Program-made: the position numbers and the translations under genes
The notes under the pieces: model-generated
Told to the model about the DNA's origin: nothing
What the model saw: only the letters and a program-made list of their open reading frames with translations
Databases searched by the model: none
Origin: Alphaproteobacteria bacterium
Lineage (GTDB): Bacteria; Pseudomonadota; Alphaproteobacteria; G965222575
Length of the DNA stretch: 64,000 bases
Direction: 5' to 3'
Assembly: GCA_965222575.1 (NCBI GenBank)
Contig: OZ244958.1
Span: 768,001 to 832,000 of the forward strand
Part shown: in pieces, positions 60,699 to 64,000 of the stretch
Layout: each line of letters opens with the position of its first letter
Numbering within the stretch: position 1 is the first letter of the stretch

Positions 60699-62190
60699 GA
60701 CGTCCTCTGTAACGCAGTGCTTCTGATAGGTGGGTCTTGGTGATAAGCTCGCTTTCGGATAGGTCTGCGATGGTGCGGGCTACTTTTAAGAGGCGGTGGT
60801 ATACCCGCGCTGAGAGGTGATAGGTCGAAATGACGTTCTCCATGAAGCTTTTGTCTTGCGGTCTAAGGGGAATGTAGTGCTCAATGGTTTTAGGGGTAAG
60901 GTAGGCATTACAGAGAATATTTGTGCCTTGATATCGTTTCTTCTGTCGTGTGCGTGCTGCCTTAACTTGCTCGCGAACATTTTCAGTGGCACTATTGTTG
61001 GTTTGGTCAGTTAGGGCATGAGGGGGCACTTGTTCTACATCCACTTGTAAGTCGAAGCGCTCCAATAAGGGGCCTGAAAGACGCGCTTGATATTCTTCCA
61101 TACAGCGTGGAATCCGCGCACAGCCTTTGCCCTTTTCAAAAGCATAGCCACACTTACAGGGATTCATAGCCGCTACTAGCAGAATATCTGTTGGGTATTC
61201 TATTTGGTGGTGGACGCGGCTGACTGTGATGGTACGTCTCTCCAGGGGCTGGCGGAGGGATTCTAGAACTGCGCGTGTAAATTCGGGGAGCTCGTCTAAA
61301 AAGAGAACTCCTTTGTGGGCTAAAGTGATTTCTCCGGGGGAAGGCGGGTTGCCTCCCCCGACCATGGCTGCTACGGATATGGAGTGGTGTGGTGCCCGGA
61401 AAGGGGCTTGTGTTGTCATGATGGGGAGCGTTGTGTTGGCCAGTGACCGCAGGCGCCCCACATCGATTGTGTCTTCCAGAGAAAGGGGAGGGAGTAATGC
61501 TCTTAAAGCTGAGGCTAAGAGTGTTTTGCCAGAACCGGGAGAGCCACTAAGCAGTAAATGATGGTGACCGCTTGCACAGATTAAAAGAGCCCGTTTCGCA
61601 ACATGTTGTCCTTTAATGCCTTCAAGAGAAATGCTGTCTTCTTCTTCCTCAGGCACAAGGGCAGCAGCAGGAGCTTGTAACACCTGTTTGCCACTTAAGT
61701 GATTCAATAAAGACCCTAGTGTATCAGGGGCTAAAATGTCATCATTCCCCCAAGTGCTGTCACTCCCTACTGAGGCAGGACAAATCAGGCCTTTCCCTTG
61801 TTGCTGTGCATGTAGTGCTGCTGGCAAAGCCCCTCGTACAGGCAAAAACTGACCTGATAATGATAACTCTCCTATGGCGATATACTCTTTGAAGTCTTCT
61901 TGATTGATATTCCCCATGGCAATGATGAGACTCAAGGCAATAGGCACATCATAGTGATTCCCTTCTTTCGGTAAATCGGCAGGAGACAGATTCACTGTGA
62001 TGCGTTTAGGCGGTAGCGCTAAACATAATGTCTGTAAGGCTGCCCTAACCCTCTCCTTAGATTCAGATACTCCTCGCTGTGGAAGACCTACAATGGTAAA
62101 ACTTGGTAACCCACTACTGATAGAGGCTTGTACATTGATGTCTACAACTTGCGCCCCAAGATAGCCAACTGTTGCAACCTCTGCATACAT
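60664..62190 (-). CDS. comM: YifB/ComM family Mg-chelatase-like AAA+ ATPase
   Basis: IVGLP...V.ESKERV, ITVNLSPADLPKEG.HYD, GELSL.G, GSPGSGKT, PFRAPHH, GEITLAH.GVLFLDELPEF, AMNPC.CG, LSGPLL.R.D. Confidence 0.93.
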   Translation of the reverse strand: MYAEVATVGYLGAQVVDINVQASISSGLPSFTIVGLPQRGVSESKERVRAALQTLCLALPPKRITVNLSPADLPKEGNHYDVPIALSLIIAMGNINQEDFKEYIAIGELSLSGQFLPVRGALPAALHAQQQGKGLICPASVGSDSTWGNDDILAPDTLGSLLNHLSGKQVLQAPAAALVPEEEEDSISLEGIKGQHVAKRALLICASGHHHLLLSGSPGSGKTLLASALRALLPPLSLEDTIDVGRLRSLANTTLPIMTTQAPFRAPHHSISVAAMVGGGNPPSPGEITLAHKGVLFLDELPEFTRAVLESLRQPLERRTITVSRVHHQIEYPTDILLVAAMNPCKCGYAFEKGKGCARIPRCMEEYQARLSGPLLERFDLQVDVEQVPPHALTDQTNNSATENVREQVKAARTRQKKRYQGTNILCNAYLTPKTIEHYIPLRPQDKSFMENVISTYHLSARVYHRLLKVARTIADLSESELITKTHLSEALRYRGRLMAHQSMQIQQ

Positions 62191-62257
62191 CAGAAAAAGA
62201 CCTTACAACGCAAAGGCTTTGTTATCAGTAGAAGGCAACATAGGGGAGAAAGACAAT

Positions 62258-62971
62258 TTAAGAAGTGAGATAGTCCCCTGTGAGCGCATAGTAAATAGAC
62301 CTAGAGATATTGCAGGATAAATCTCCAATTCTCTCTATGTATTTTACTATAAATAATAGGTGTAATCCAGTGGGAAATAATTGAGCGTCTTGTTCAATAG
62401 CGGACATGAGGGTTTTTGAAAACTTACGATAATGTTTATCAAGGTCATGGTCGCGGTCTAGGAGGGCTGTGGTTTTTTGCAACATATCGGTTGCCTTCTG
62501 TGTTTGTTTTTCGTAGGTTTGCAGGGATTCTTCTAACAGTTGAAAGGCTTCCTGTCCGGCTTGATGCACATCTTGAAGATAGTCCGATATGGATTGTTCT
62601 GGCAGTGGAAACATTTTGTTTTGACGCGAAAGAATCTTGCGGGTGTAATTGCTGATGCGTTCAAGGTCTAGGGATATCTGTTGGCAAGTAATGATAAATC
62701 TTAAATCAATGGCTATGGGGTGACGCAGGGCGAGAAGCTTAATGGCGAAGTCTGAAATTCTGCCCTCTTTGCGGATGATTTTTTGGTCTAGTTTCCGACA
62801 TTCCTCTTTAGATAACGGTGCTAGTGCGTTGCTTAAAATCTTCAAACATAAGGCAAAATTTTTCTTTGTTGCTTCTCCCATCTCTAGGACCATAAAATGA
62901 AGGCGCACAAGCTCTTCATCGAACTTTCTCATGGTATGAGCTTTACTGACAGGAGGGAGTTTTGTCATCAT
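62258..62971 (-). CDS. phoU: Phosphate signalling/transport regulator PhoU
   Basis: LALRHPIAIDLR, DLERI and KYIERIGD...NI. Downstream of pstB. Confidence 0.92.
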   Translation of the reverse strand: MMTKLPPVSKAHTMRKFDEELVRLHFMVLEMGEATKKNFALCLKILSNALAPLSKEECRKLDQKIIRKEGRISDFAIKLLALRHPIAIDLRFIITCQQISLDLERISNYTRKILSRQNKMFPLPEQSISDYLQDVHQAGQEAFQLLEESLQTYEKQTQKATDMLQKTTALLDRDHDLDKHYRKFSKTLMSAIEQDAQLFPTGLHLLFIVKYIERIGDLSCNISRSIYYALTGDYLTS

Positions 62972-62977
62972 AGAGGA

Positions 62978-63748
62978 TTATCCGAAGCGGCCTGTAATAT
63001 AATCTTGGGTTTCTGGTTTATCCGGCGAGGTGAAGATTTTTTCCGTTAAATCTGTTTCTATAATTTTCCCCATATGGAAGAAGGAGGTATATTTTGAGAT
63101 TCTCCCGGCTTGTTGCATGGAATGGGTTACCACAACAATTGTGAAGTTGGATTTTAGGGTATCAATAAGTCGTTCAATGTTAGCAGTAGCAATAGGGTCT
63201 AAAGAAGAGCAGGGTTCATCCATGAGGATGATATGGGGTTTGACGGAGATACAACGTGCTATACAGAGTCTTTGCTGTTGTCCGCCTGAGAGTTGCGTCC
63301 CTAGGGTGGTATGGAGTTCGTCTTTAACTTCTTGCCAAAGTCCTGCTTTTTTGAGGCTATCCTCTACCATTTCTTGAAGTTCTGCTTTAGTTTTGTACAA
63401 GCTGTGAATACGAGGGCCATAGGCAACATTGTCAAAAATTGTTTTCGGAAAGGGGTTAGGTTTTTGAAAGACCATGCCGACTTGACGTCTTAAGATGCTA
63501 ACATCAATGTGTTTATGATATATGTTTGTATCATCAATAGCAATTGTCCCTGTTACGCGGCAGCGCTCAATCATGTCATTCATACGATTAAGACAGCGTA
63601 AAAAGGTAGACTTTCCACATCCGGAGGGGCCAATGAGGGCTGTGACTTTATTAGACGGCACAGATAAAGTAGCATTAAAAAGCGCTTGTTTTTCGCCATA
63701 AAACACACAGACATTTTTGCTTTGTATTTTAATCTGTTCGTTTTCCAT
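62978..63748 (-). CDS. pstB: Phosphate ABC transporter ATP-binding protein
   Basis: [60 protein letters not shown]. Likely start MENE at 63748. Confidence 0.96.
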   Translation of the reverse strand: MENEQIKIQSKNVCVFYGEKQALFNATLSVPSNKVTALIGPSGCGKSTFLRCLNRMNDMIERCRVTGTIAIDDTNIYHKHIDVSILRRQVGMVFQKPNPFPKTIFDNVAYGPRIHSLYKTKAELQEMVEDSLKKAGLWQEVKDELHTTLGTQLSGGQQQRLCIARCISVKPHIILMDEPCSSLDPIATANIERLIDTLKSNFTIVVVTHSMQQAGRISKYTSFFHMGKIIETDLTEKIFTSPDKPETQDYITGRFG

Positions 63749-63750
63749 GA

Positions 63751-63999
63751 TTACCAAGTTTTTTGACTTTTGTGTCTGATGATGACCACTGTGATGTTGC
63801 ACAAAAACAGTACCAAGAGCAACAGAATGATAGCAATTGCTGTGAGTTCTTTGAAGCCTAATTCTGGATTACTTGCCCACATCATGACCTGTACGGGTAG
63901 GATTGTTGCTACGGACAGAGGAGTGGAGGGGGGCTGTGTAATGAAGGCAACCATGCCGATGAGTAGGAATGGTGCTGTTTCGCCGAAGGCTCTTGAGAC
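63751..63999 (-). CDS. pstA: Phosphate ABC transporter permease, C-terminal part (truncated by window)
   Basis: Frame reads [20 protein letters not shown]...LPVQ..MWA.NPE.GF, directly upstream of pstB. Confidence 0.9.
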   Translation of the reverse strand, partial: VSRAFGETAPFLLIGMVAFITQPPSTPLSVATILPVQVMMWASNPELGFKELTAIAIILLLLVLFLCNITVVIIRHKSQKTW

Positions 64000-64000
64000 C

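Overview
Bacterial chromosomal window, probably from a divergent, compact alphaproteobacterium. The pgsA-uvrC, hda-purM-purN, alpha/beta-hydrolase/cysteine-desulfurase and pstA-pstB-phoU gene order supports this, and several convergent genes overlap. Housekeeping genes fill both ends: TAXI binding protein, ubiM, DAACS transporter, tdh and kbl on the left; pgsA, uvrC, hda, purM, purN, a cysteine desulfurase, ispH, comM, phoU, pstB and pstA on the right. The centre is a ~45 kb block between the inward-facing 3' ends of tRNA-Val(GAC) and tRNA-Ala(GGC). It holds a 664-aa coiled-coil protein with an effector-like N-terminus and a divergently transcribed 42.3-kb ORF (14,108 aa). The giant protein has a signal peptide, a degenerate filamentous-haemagglutinin/TPS-like N-terminal domain, about 29 tandem FG-GAP (integrin-alpha-like) beta-propeller modules and an acidic tail. 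The modules share a framework that is near-invariant even at DNA level, carry highly variable loops, and show recent duplication and segment swapping. Also found: two unannotated, translationally coupled paralogous membrane microproteins, microsatellites flanking the effector-like gene, many in-frame micro-duplications, and an alpha/beta hydrolase that lacks its catalytic Ser.
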